Origin: Clostridia bacterium
GTDB taxonomy: Bacteria; Bacillota; Peptococcia; DRI-13; UBA5745
DNA: 64,000 bases
Assembly (NCBI GenBank): GCA_018436095.1
Contig: JAHDMJ010000019.1
Coordinates: 3,841-67,840 of the forward strand
Reading direction: 5' to 3'
The notes beneath the pieces were generated by a model. The model was not told where the DNA came from and did not search any database. It saw only the letters and a program-made list of their open reading frames with translations. Below, one piece after another: positions 1-8,004 of this stretch. The translations under genes and the position numbers were made by a program. Positions within the stretch are counted from its first letter, which is position 1. Each line of letters begins with the position of its first letter.

Positions 1-270
1 CTGAAATGCAAGGGCGATAGCATGATTCTGGCGAGGATATACGACGGCGACATGGTCTACATCAGGCAGCAGCCAGACGTGGAAAACGGAGAGATCGCCG
101 CAGTGGTAATTGACAACGAGTCAACATTAAAGCGGGTTTATAAGTTCCCGGATCACCTGGAGTTGCGGCCTGAGAATCCCACTTACCCCATACTTAGCTA
201 CACGGGGCCTGACCTGGAATACATCCGGATTATCGGAAAAGCGGTAGCCTTTACCGGAAAAGTAAAATAA
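1..270 (+). CDS. S24-family LexA/CI-like repressor, C-terminal autopeptidase domain (5' end outside window)
   Basis: Frame 1 is open from base 1: LKCKGDSMILARIYDGDMVYI...TLKRVYKF. GDSM catalytic-Ser motif at bases 13-24 and a downstream Lys (TLKRV) fit the S24 Ser/Lys dyad. Stop TAA at 268-270. Confidence 0.8.
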   Translation: MKCKGDSMILARIYDGDMVYIRQQPDVENGEIAAVVIDNESTLKRVYKFPDHLELRPENPTYPILSYTGPDLEYIRIIGKAVAFTGKVK

Positions 271-403
271 AAAAAGCCCCTGCCGGCTGCAACCGACAAG
301 GGCGTGAATCAAGGGGGCCAGGCCCGCATGATCCTAAGCAAAACAATTATATCATGCCTGGCTTGGCCCCGCTATATCTAATTTGAAAGGCGGGGTATTT
401 GTT

Positions 404-1507
404 ATGAGTGAACGAACAAATTCTGCGGAATGGCTTGAAAAGTACAAACGATGGCAAATCAAGGTGCAGAAGAACGGCGTCCGAAGGCCTTTTTATTCGT
501 CAACTCCGGGGACAAAAGGGAAGAAAGAAGCCAACGCCAAAGCAGACGCGTGGCTGGAGAGCAATACCAAGGGAGATAAGAAAGTAAAGCTCCTTTTTGA
601 TGACTATGTCAAATATAAAAAAGGAATGACAAAGGAGCAATGGAAAAAGGATAAAAGCGCCGGTGAGACCTGGATTCTGCCGCGCTACGGGCACAGAAAT
701 ATATCTAAGATTACCGAAGGTGACCTGGACGATATCATTGTGCACGCTTATCAAGAGGGCAATTTGTCTAAGAAATCCCTGGAAAATCTCAGGGGAACAA
801 TCCAGGGTTTTTTAAAATGGTGCCGTAAGAAGAAATACACTGCACTTCATCCCGAAGAGATTGAAATACCAAAAGGAGCGAAGGTAGGAACAAAAACTAT
901 TCTGCAGCCAGAACATCTAGGAACCCTTTTCTCCGAATCAAAAACACTATATTACGGCAAAGAAGTTGAGGATGAACTCATACATGCTTATCGTGTTATG
1001 GTCTTAACGGGCTGCCGCCCCGGAGAACTGTTGGGAATGGAAGCAGACGATATTATCGGGGACTGCGTTAATTTACGCAGGTCAATAAATGTTGACGGCG
1101 AGGTGACTACGGGAAAGAATGAAAATGCTATTCGCCGATTTTATTTAACACCTCTTGCCAAGGAAGAAATCAGACAGCAATTAAAGAAATTTCCCGATAA
1201 TAAGAGAGTGTTTGGCGATTACCTCCGTGAGGCCCGCTTCCGTAAAAGATGGTATGCCTATTGTGCCTATAACGGGATCCCGCGGATCACTCCTTACGAA
1301 ATGCGCCATACTTTTGTCTCAATCATCAAGGGACTTCCAGAGGGAGAAATTAAAATGTTGGTTGGCCACTCCAAATCCATGGACACAACCGGCGTCTATA
1401 GCCACGAGGTAAACGGGGACCTTCAGCGCATATCCGGCAAAATTGCCTACATCTTTAGCAGCCTGCTGAAAAGTGAAGAGGAAAATGCAAAAATAGAAAC
1501 TGCGTAA
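404..1507 (+). CDS. Tyrosine-type site-specific recombinase (phage integrase family)
   Basis: C-terminal catalytic signature: GCRPGELLGM, EMRHTFVS, LVGHSKSMDTTGVYSH (R..HxxR..Y). ATG at 404 follows GGCGGGG; the track start at 383 is a TTG without an SD. Confidence 0.9.
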   Translation: MSERTNSAEWLEKYKRWQIKVQKNGVRRPFYSSTPGTKGKKEANAKADAWLESNTKGDKKVKLLFDDYVKYKKGMTKEQWKKDKSAGETWILPRYGHRNISKITEGDLDDIIVHAYQEGNLSKKSLENLRGTIQGFLKWCRKKKYTALHPEEIEIPKGAKVGTKTILQPEHLGTLFSESKTLYYGKEVEDELIHAYRVMVLTGCRPGELLGMEADDIIGDCVNLRRSINVDGEVTTGKNENAIRRFYLTPLAKEEIRQQLKKFPDNKRVFGDYLREARFRKRWYAYCAYNGIPRITPYEMRHTFVSIIKGLPEGEIKMLVGHSKSMDTTGVYSHEVNGDLQRISGKIAYIFSSLLKSEEENAKIETA

Positions 1508-1917
1508 TCCAGCTAAAATTATAACCCACTTTTAAACCCACTCCCGCAATTTTAGTGGTATATTTCACTGTTTTCATTGCAACTGCATGCGCAAACAAAT
1601 GGCTTGAGATATAGCATTTTGTCTTTCATGGGTTAGTCAAAAATGAAGAGCCGCAAGGCTGCAACCCCTGGCCGATTTTTGATGAAAATAAGACAGTGGA
1701 TGAAACCAACATCACTATTCCCCTGGCCTTTTTGCAGGAATCGGCAGCGATTTTTCAAAACTGGAGAGTATAAGGCAGGGCCTCAATTTGATATAGGCTG
1801 ATTTACGTTTGGTGCGGGCTAACTGCTCAATTTTACAAATTTGTACAAATCAAAATGGGGGTGCCCGCTTTCGCTGATTCAGCATTGGATCAAAAAAAAC
1901 GGCGGCACCAAAAGAAG

Positions 1918-1948
1918 CAGGAGCGCTGCAAATATTGCACCGCTCCTG
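1918..1948 (-). terminator. Intrinsic terminator downstream of the racemase-family gene
   Basis: 13-bp stem caggagcgctgca/tgcaccgctcctg with one mismatch and loop aatat. The minus-strand read continues into cttcttttgg...tttttttt. Confidence 0.6.
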
Positions 1949-1968
1949 TTGTTTGATTAAGGTACTTC

Positions 1969-2697
1969 TTACATGGTTTTGGAGACAAAGGGGCTGCGTA
2001 ATTGAGCGCCAACGGTATAACGAATCAGCGTAGTAATATCGTAGACGGGCAAGCCTACCGCCTGCTGTACCGCCGCCGCATAAGGCGGCATATTTGTGCA
2101 TTCAAAGACAATGGCTCCAACCTCAGGATGATCCTGAACGAATTTTCGGGCTACGCCCACGATTTCTGCCTCAACGGCTGCAACGTCCATGGTCGGCTGA
2201 TTATTGCTGATGCTGGTGTTGAATGTAGGGCAATCCTCCATGCCCGCCACCGGCACCGCTTCCTCAATACCGGCGCCCCGGAAGTGTTTTTCCGTCAGAT
2301 TGCATGCCCGGGCAGTGATAATGCCCACCTTTTTTTTATTGCCCAAAAACCTGCCGACAAAAGGAACCTGCAGCAAGCTTGAGGTCAGGACAGGAATGGA
2401 AACGGCGTCGGCCAGCTCTTTTTGAAACATTACCAGAAAACCGCAACTGGTAGATATGGCCTGGCAGCCTTCCGCTTCCAGCTGCCGGGCCGCAGCAATA
2501 AAAGGTTCCAGGAGGCTGGGGTCTGCCTCTTGAACCACCCGTTTCGGATTGGCTCCCTCAACTTTAAGGTAGCGAACCGGGAAATCGAAAGTAAAGGCGT
2601 TTCCCACATCGCCGGGAATACGGGGAAATACGGTGTCAAGCATCAAGATACCGATAGGCTGACCATAGTTGGTTCTGCCGCCGTTTACAATTGTCAT
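1969..2697 (-). CDS. Asp/Glu/hydantoin racemase superfamily protein
   Basis: 242 aa. N-terminus IGILMLDTVFPRIPGDVGNAFTF and two Cys-containing motifs (STSCGF, FECTNMPPY) are typical of two-thiol racemase-fold enzymes. Lies 43 bp downstream of the dehydratase gene. Confidence 0.75.
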   Translation of the reverse strand: MTIVNGGRTNYGQPIGILMLDTVFPRIPGDVGNAFTFDFPVRYLKVEGANPKRVVQEADPSLLEPFIAAARQLEAEGCQAISTSCGFLVMFQKELADAVSIPVLTSSLLQVPFVGRFLGNKKKVGIITARACNLTEKHFRGAGIEEAVPVAGMEDCPTFNTSISNNQPTMDVAAVEAEIVGVARKFVQDHPEVGAIVFECTNMPPYAAAVQQAVGLPVYDITTLIRYTVGAQLRSPFVSKTM

Positions 2698-2740
2698 GTA
2701 TCATCTCTCCTATCTTTGTCTCTGCAAGGGAAGCCCTTAT

Positions 2741-4324
2741 TTATTCCAGGGTTTTTAAACGCTCTTGCCAATGGGCATTGAGGGCTAAACCGGATTTCGT
2801 AGTGGCCAGGCCGCCGCAATGGGAGAACTTCAGCTCATTGGGCATCAGCTTTTGGGTTTCCGCCAGGGCATCCACCACATCGTCGGGAGCAATGGCCGAA
2901 ACAATACCGGCCAAACCCATGTCGGCGCCCATAAAAGCTACCGCTACGCCCATGGCGTTGCGCTTGATGCAGGGCACTTCCGTGCAGCCGGCAGGCGGAT
3001 CGCAGGTCAGCCCCAGAACATTTTTTAAGGCAATGGTTGCACCTTGGATAATTTGTTGGGGGGTGCCGCCGGCCATCCAGATTATAGCCCCGGCTCCCAT
3101 GGCCGCCCCAATCCCCACTTCGCTCTGGCAGCCGCCGATGGTGCCGGAAAAGGAGGCTCTATTGCCGATGATCAAACCGATGGAGGCGGCAATCAGGAAG
3201 GCTTTGGCCAGTTCTGTACGGTCCTTGCCGTAGCGCTCGGCAGCGGAAAACAAGGCGCCGGGCAGGGTACCGGCGGAGCCGCCGGTAGGAGCTGCCACGA
3301 CTTTGGAGCCGGCAGCATTGAGCTGAGCTAAAATTACGGCCCGGGCCAAAGCTTTGGCAAACATTTCGTTAACTACCACATTGCCGGATTTGGCATAAGC
3401 CGTCATTTTCTTGCCGTCATCGGCGTCGGTAAGGCCGCCGATCAGATTAATGGGTTGATTTTCTCCCCTGTCCAATGCTTTCTCCCATTCCTGCACCATA
3501 AACAGGGCCTCATCCAATACGGCCCGGCGGCTGACCTGGCTGCGCCGGGATTCATAATCCAAAACCACATCGAGAATCGGCTGTTTTTCGCAAAGCTCCA
3601 GCATTTCGGCAAAGGTGGTAAAAAGGGGAGAATCATTGGCGGAAGCAAAGGTAAATAAAGGCTTGATCTTACGATAGCACATCTGTCCGGCGCTCTCCGC
3701 CTTTTGAAGAGCTTCCGGCAAATCTGCCAGAGCCGGCGGCGCTTCGGCAAAAACCCCGATGTATAGCCATTTGTCCCCCAGATTTTGGCCGGCAGCTTCT
3801 TGTTTGAGATTCTTCCCGGCTAAAGAAGATACGGCACTGATGGCCTCGGCTAAAAGTCCTTTATCCTTTGTGCTGATGATGATCAGGTGCTGGTTGCCGT
3901 TTAGTTCAATTTTCAGGCCGTTGATCCGGTCAATGATAATGTTGCCGCCGCCGATGGAGTCGCCATTGATCTCCCAGGCTTCACCTTTGATTTCCGCCCT
4001 TGTACGGAAGGTATTGCGGCTGACATCTTCCTCGGCTATGGCATAAGCCTCCCAGGGAATGCCTTCGGCCGCCAATTCCTTCATGGCGTCTACGCTGGCG
4101 TCGTCATATTCCCGATGGCCCAAAAGACCGGCAATCATAGCGGAATGAGTATGCTGGCCGGCATAGGAGCCCATATATACCCGGTGAAAGCCAAGCTGTA
4201 TTTTATCCGGAGTGCCGCCCATAATCTCCCTGGCCAAATAACCGATGCGATTAGCGCCGCCTGTGTGGTTGCTGGAGGGTCCGTGCATCACCGGCCCTAC
4301 AATATCAAAGAGTCCCAGAGTCAT
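2741..4324 (-). CDS. Iron-sulfur-dependent L-serine dehydratase family, fused beta-alpha single chain
   Basis: 527 aa. N-terminus FDIVGPVMHGPSSNHTGGANRIG resembles the SdaAB start (FDIIGPVMxGPSSSHTAGA). The C-terminal half has alpha-subunit features (GGCQSEVGIGAAMGAG, LGLTCDPPAGCTEVPCIKRNA). Confidence 0.8.
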   Translation of the reverse strand: MTLGLFDIVGPVMHGPSSNHTGGANRIGYLAREIMGGTPDKIQLGFHRVYMGSYAGQHTHSAMIAGLLGHREYDDASVDAMKELAAEGIPWEAYAIAEEDVSRNTFRTRAEIKGEAWEINGDSIGGGNIIIDRINGLKIELNGNQHLIIISTKDKGLLAEAISAVSSLAGKNLKQEAAGQNLGDKWLYIGVFAEAPPALADLPEALQKAESAGQMCYRKIKPLFTFASANDSPLFTTFAEMLELCEKQPILDVVLDYESRRSQVSRRAVLDEALFMVQEWEKALDRGENQPINLIGGLTDADDGKKMTAYAKSGNVVVNEMFAKALARAVILAQLNAAGSKVVAAPTGGSAGTLPGALFSAAERYGKDRTELAKAFLIAASIGLIIGNRASFSGTIGGCQSEVGIGAAMGAGAIIWMAGGTPQQIIQGATIALKNVLGLTCDPPAGCTEVPCIKRNAMGVAVAFMGADMGLAGIVSAIAPDDVVDALAETQKLMPNELKFSHCGGLATTKSGLALNAHWQERLKTLE

Positions 4325-4397
4325 TGCTGTTTACCTCCTATTCCTCATTAACAAGGATAGTGCTATGTATCGGCTAAAACTTTACTGCTCGCCGGCC

Positions 4398-4575
4398 TTT
4401 TTTTCGTCAGTACATCTGCGCCCGAAGTAACTTTGGATAGCAGATACATCTGCGCCCCGATATCTACGGATAGCGGATTGTATCCGTAGGATTGAGTTCG
4501 CAGAACCGGCGTTGTCGTCAGTCGCCATACCACCACGGGTATGCCTCTTTCCTCCGCCTTGCCTGACGAAAAAAA
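4398..4575 (-). other. Structured about 300-nt leader between the sigma-54 promoter and the dehydratase start codon
   Basis: 13-bp perfect inverted repeat tttttttcgtcag (4398-4410) / ctgacgaaaaaaa (4563-4575). It encloses two copies of a 34-bp unit (4411-4444, 4445-4478; shared tacatctgcgccc and ggatagc) and a 9-bp hairpin at 4464-4489. Confidence 0.4.
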
Positions 4576-4637
4576 ATTCTCGCCGATCACTGACAAGTTT
4601 TAGCCGACACAAAGCACTCGCATTAGTTAACATTATA

Positions 4638-4652
4638 GCAAGTACCATGCCA
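4638..4652 (-). promoter_or_regulatory. Sigma-54 (-24/-12) promoter for the dehydratase-racemase operon
   Basis: Minus strand reads TGGCATGGTACTTGC. GG and GC are in the consensus TGGCAC-N5-TTGC register. It is divergent from a sigma-54 EBP gene. Confidence 0.7.
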
Positions 4653-4748
4653 TCGTGGCCAGCATTCACTTTTTTTCAAAAAAGCCCGGTAATCAAGGCT
4701 AATTTCAATGCGGGCAGCAGATTTGATGAAAAATGAGCAAATCGCCTA

Positions 4749-4861
4749 TTCCAAATTTCGTAATAAATATTCTTATTTTGGCTTTTCAATGCCTCGAACT
4801 TAACTTATACCAAGGAAAATGCTATAATACGAATATTGGAATAACCTTCGCGAAATCGGAA
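4749..4861. promoter_or_regulatory. Three copies of a CGAAWWTTGGAATA-like motif (candidate activator/operator sites)
   Basis: TTCCAAATTTCG at 4749-4760 (inverted orientation), CGAATATTGGAATAA at 4830-4844, CGAAATCGGAATAA at 4851-4864. The first lies about 100 bp upstream of the -24 element. Confidence 0.35.
4800..4828 (+). promoter_or_regulatory. Candidate sigma-A promoter of the EBP gene
   Basis: TTAACT-17 nt-TATAAT, with TATAAT at 4823-4828. The -35 is weak. Confidence 0.4.
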
Positions 4862-4878
4862 TAAGGGAGGAAATAAGG

Positions 4879-6591
4879 ATGATGCCCCTCAGCATTCTAT
4901 TGTTGGGTACGATAAAAGAAGCCCAGGATTTTGCAGATTATTATAAACTTCCTTCCCTTCTTCACGTTAAGGCCATTCTTTTCTATGACGGCTATGACTA
5001 TAACGATAAGGCGGCCCAAAGGAAGATTGCCTTACAGATCGGCGGCGGCAGCCAGGAGCCGCCCATGATTTATAACGGCAAAGATGAGCTGGCAAAAGAG
5101 GAGAGGTTTGATCTCATCATCAATCTCCGGGACAAAGAGGAGGTGTGGCGGGAGCTGAACATGGAGCAGCAGCCCTTTGTCATCCGGCCTTCGGCTTTAC
5201 CCTGGTTCAACATGGCAGTAAAGGAGCTGGCTAACCTGGAATACTGCCGGCACATGCTGAAAATCATTACGGCCTATGCTACGGAGGGCATACAAATTGC
5301 CGACAGCGAAGGCAACTTCATCTATTGCAATGATGCTTCTTATGAAATAACAGGGGTAGCAAGAGAGGAGAGGGAGGGCCGCAACGCTTTTGAGGTGCAG
5401 CAAGACGGCTCCATCAGCCGGGTGCTTACCACAAAAAAGCCGGTTTATGCTCATATAAGCTGCCCGAAGCCGGGGAAGTTCATCATTGCTAATGCTTCGC
5501 CCATCTATGACGAACGGCATAATATTGTGGGTGCGGTAACCGTATATAATGACGCAGGCAATGCGGACCGGCTGGCCAGCGTTCTGGAAAAAAAGAAGAA
5601 GGAAATTGACTCTCTGGAAAAAAGGCTGGATAAATTAGGCTCCGAAGCTTACAATTTTGAAGACCTAATCGGCATAAGCGAGGCCTTTCAAACCTGTGTT
5701 AATCAAGCCCGTCACGCCGCTTTCCAGCAGGCCACCGTCTTAATTACCGGCGAGTCCGGGACGGGAAAGGAAATGTTTGCCCACGGCATACATTATAAAG
5801 GCCACCGCTCCGCCAAGCCCTTTATTAAGGTAAATTGTCCGGCCATTCCTTCCACATTGCTGGAAAGCGAATTGTTCGGCTATGAAAAAGGCGCCTTTAC
5901 CGGCGCCGGCCGCAGCAAGCCTGGAAAATTTGAATTGGCTGACCGGGGCAGTATTTTTCTCGATGAAATAGGGGATATGGAGCTGACCCTGCAATCGAAG
6001 CTTCTTCGGGTATTACAGGAAAATGAAGTTGAGCGCTTAGGCAGCAACAAGGTTGAGAAAGTGGATGTGCGGGTTATTGCCGCCACCAACCAGGACCTGC
6101 TGGATTTAGTGGCTAAAGGCCTTTTCCGCAAGGATTTATACTACCGGCTTGATGTGATTCATATTCATATTCCGCCCCTGCGGGAAAGGCGGGAGGATAT
6201 TCCTGTTTTGCTGAACCACATCATTAAAAAAATAGCCCTCTCCAAATCCCAAGGGCAATTCCCCCGTATAGAGCCTGGCGCTATGGCAATTATCTCCGGC
6301 TACGATTGGCCGGGCAACGTCCGGGAAATGGAGAATGTGGTGGCCAAGCTGCTGATCTTTCAAAATAAGCAAACCATTACCAAAGAGGATGTTTTGCAGG
6401 TGCTGGGCAGCAAAAAAGTCTCCTGGAACGAGATGGGCGGCTTGAACCTGGCAGATTTAGAAAGGAATGCCATTCAGAAAGCCTTGTCCCAATACGGCAA
6501 TTCCCTGGCCGGCAAGAAAAAGGCGGCGGTCGCCCTGGGCATCTCTTTATCCAGCCTGTATGACCGTATCAAAAAATTCGGCTTGAGTTAA
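4879..6591 (+). CDS. Sigma-54-dependent transcriptional activator (N-terminal unknown domain, PAS, AAA+, Fis-type HTH)
   Basis: Walker A GESGTGKE, GAFTGA loop (EKGAFTGAG), Walker B IFLDEIG, R-finger RVIAATN, C-terminal HTH AAVALGISLSSLYDRIKKF. A PAS-like segment lies around residues 130-230. Confidence 0.9.
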   Translation: MMPLSILLLGTIKEAQDFADYYKLPSLLHVKAILFYDGYDYNDKAAQRKIALQIGGGSQEPPMIYNGKDELAKEERFDLIINLRDKEEVWRELNMEQQPFVIRPSALPWFNMAVKELANLEYCRHMLKIITAYATEGIQIADSEGNFIYCNDASYEITGVAREEREGRNAFEVQQDGSISRVLTTKKPVYAHISCPKPGKFIIANASPIYDERHNIVGAVTVYNDAGNADRLASVLEKKKKEIDSLEKRLDKLGSEAYNFEDLIGISEAFQTCVNQARHAAFQQATVLITGESGTGKEMFAHGIHYKGHRSAKPFIKVNCPAIPSTLLESELFGYEKGAFTGAGRSKPGKFELADRGSIFLDEIGDMELTLQSKLLRVLQENEVERLGSNKVEKVDVRVIAATNQDLLDLVAKGLFRKDLYYRLDVIHIHIPPLRERREDIPVLLNHIIKKIALSKSQGQFPRIEPGAMAIISGYDWPGNVREMENVVAKLLIFQNKQTITKEDVLQVLGSKKVSWNEMGGLNLADLERNAIQKALSQYGNSLAGKKKAAVALGISLSSLYDRIKKFGLS

Positions 6592-6777
6592 GGGTAAAAG
6601 AGGGCTGGCTGCGGTGGCAGCGGCCCAGCTAACTGTGCAAAAATGCAAGTTTAAAGTGGGGGCTTCCTCGGAACAGTGTTAATCTATCGATCCATACACT
6701 AAATACAGTGATCAATCCTTCAATTCCACCCCTTCAACCAATTTGAATAAAAGGCTTCCGCTGTGGAGTAAAAAACA

Positions 6778-6805
6778 AGAGGGCGCCTCAAATGAGACGC
6801 CCTCT
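6778..6805. terminator. Bidirectional intrinsic terminator
   Basis: Stem AGAGGGCG/CGCCCTCT, flanked by aaaaaca on the left and gcttgcttttt on the right. Sits between convergent genes. Confidence 0.6.
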
Positions 6806-6836
6806 GCTTGCTTTTTAGGTAATCCACTATACCAGC

Positions 6837-7913
6837 TTAATACATTTTTTCCTGATTATCGATAACCACTTGGTTTTCAAAGAAATAGGCATTGTTCATC
6901 TTCAGCACGTCCCTGAAATAGAAAAGGGGTACGTAAACGGAGCCGTCCTTCAATTGCGGTGCGGTTCCCAGCTCAATAGGAGCCATCCGCATATACACAT
7001 AGTAATCCCGGCCTACTTCCAGGCTAATGGCGCTATTCAGCTGGATGGTTTGGGTATCCTGCTCCCAGGTCACCTGGTAGCCCAGAGCCTCGGCTATGAC
7101 CCGTAGGGGCACCATGATCACGTCGTTTTCGGCAACGTAGGCAGAGGGGGCCTCAATAATTTTTTGCTCCACTACAATGTCAGCGGTATCAATATTTGCA
7201 GTGTAAGAGAAATCTTCCGTCTCTTCCGCATCAACTTCGGCGCCGGGTTGCGCCGGGTCAGCCTCAGGCTGGCCAAGGCGAATAATTTTTGTGGGAGTAA
7301 CTTCCTCAGGAATATTCTCATTAGCAGCATCGGGCTGATAGAATACCAGCAACAGGCTATCGCTCAGGGAGCCTGTATAAGCCTGGCCCTCACGGTCGAG
7401 GATTTCCGTCTTTTCCCCTGGCGTTAATTTGATCAAACCGCTCTGGCTAACCAGTTCTTTGTCAAATAAGTCGGCCTCCATAGCCTCAGCGTTCTCGGCG
7501 GCCCCGGCAGGTTGGATTACGGCGATAACCGCATTATACCGGGGCGGATAAATCAACATCATGGGCCGGTTGGTTTCATAGTAAAGAGTTACGATATCGC
7601 CAACCTTGATTTCCTCGCCCCCCATAATGAAGCAATCCTTGGTCAAAACCGGATTGGCGGGACCTTGCTCATCGCTTTCCATAGTCAGAACGCGGTTTGC
7701 ATCTTCCGACTCAGCTCCGGCAATAGCCGTAACCTTTCCGGTATAGGAAAAGTAATAGGGAAAAATCTGGTTTTCCTCAGGAGCGGCTTGTTCCCCGGCT
7801 GCCGCTTGTTCTCCGGCGGCGGCCAGGACAGGGCCAACTCCTAAAGAGGCAAAAGGCATGGCCACAAGAGCGGCGCTCAATAGGCCTGCAAGAATCTTGT
7901 TTGTGTTTTTCAT
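6837..7913 (-). CDS. Secreted protein with C-terminal copper-amine-oxidase-N-terminal-like (stalk) domain
   Basis: Signal peptide KILAGLLSAALVAMPFASLG, a tandem AAGEQA repeat, and a C-terminal VMVPLRVIAEALGYQVTWEQDTQTIQL motif. The second ATG (7913) has proper spacing from AAGGAG. Confidence 0.65.
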   Translation of the reverse strand: MKNTNKILAGLLSAALVAMPFASLGVGPVLAAAGEQAAAGEQAAPEENQIFPYYFSYTGKVTAIAGAESEDANRVLTMESDEQGPANPVLTKDCFIMGGEEIKVGDIVTLYYETNRPMMLIYPPRYNAVIAVIQPAGAAENAEAMEADLFDKELVSQSGLIKLTPGEKTEILDREGQAYTGSLSDSLLLVFYQPDAANENIPEEVTPTKIIRLGQPEADPAQPGAEVDAEETEDFSYTANIDTADIVVEQKIIEAPSAYVAENDVIMVPLRVIAEALGYQVTWEQDTQTIQLNSAISLEVGRDYYVYMRMAPIELGTAPQLKDGSVYVPLFYFRDVLKMNNAYFFENQVVIDNQEKMY

Positions 7914-8004
7914 TAATATCATCTCCTTATTGAAAGTGTTCCTTCTAGATTTATAGACGCAAGAAATCAGGAAAGGTTCCCAAGTAGGCCTCGCCTCGTT
8001 AGGA

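Larger units (their letters stand above)
1..1507 (+). mobile_element. Right-hand end of an integrated element (prophage/ICE-like): repressor tail plus integrase; body lies left of the window
   Basis: S24 repressor fragment is followed by a tyrosine integrase. Both are transcribed towards a 410-bp non-coding junction. The other end is not visible, so no att repeat could be checked. Confidence 0.55.

Noticed and set aside
1-270. Host SOS regulator lexA.
   Set aside because: It cannot be excluded from 90 residues. An integrase gene immediately downstream on the same strand favours a mobile-element CI-type repressor.
4500-4545. T-box-like string GTGGTGGTATGGCG on the minus strand of the dehydratase leader.
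   Set aside because: It resembles GGGTGGTACCGCG only partially. There is no Stem-I AG bay, distal loop or downstream terminator with a U-tract, and the promoter is sigma-54-type.
4363-4669. 77-aa and 95-aa minus-strand ORFs in the dehydratase leader.
   Set aside because: They have no convincing SD. The sequence is dominated by the DNA repeats, and the 95-aa ORF would start upstream of the predicted transcription start.
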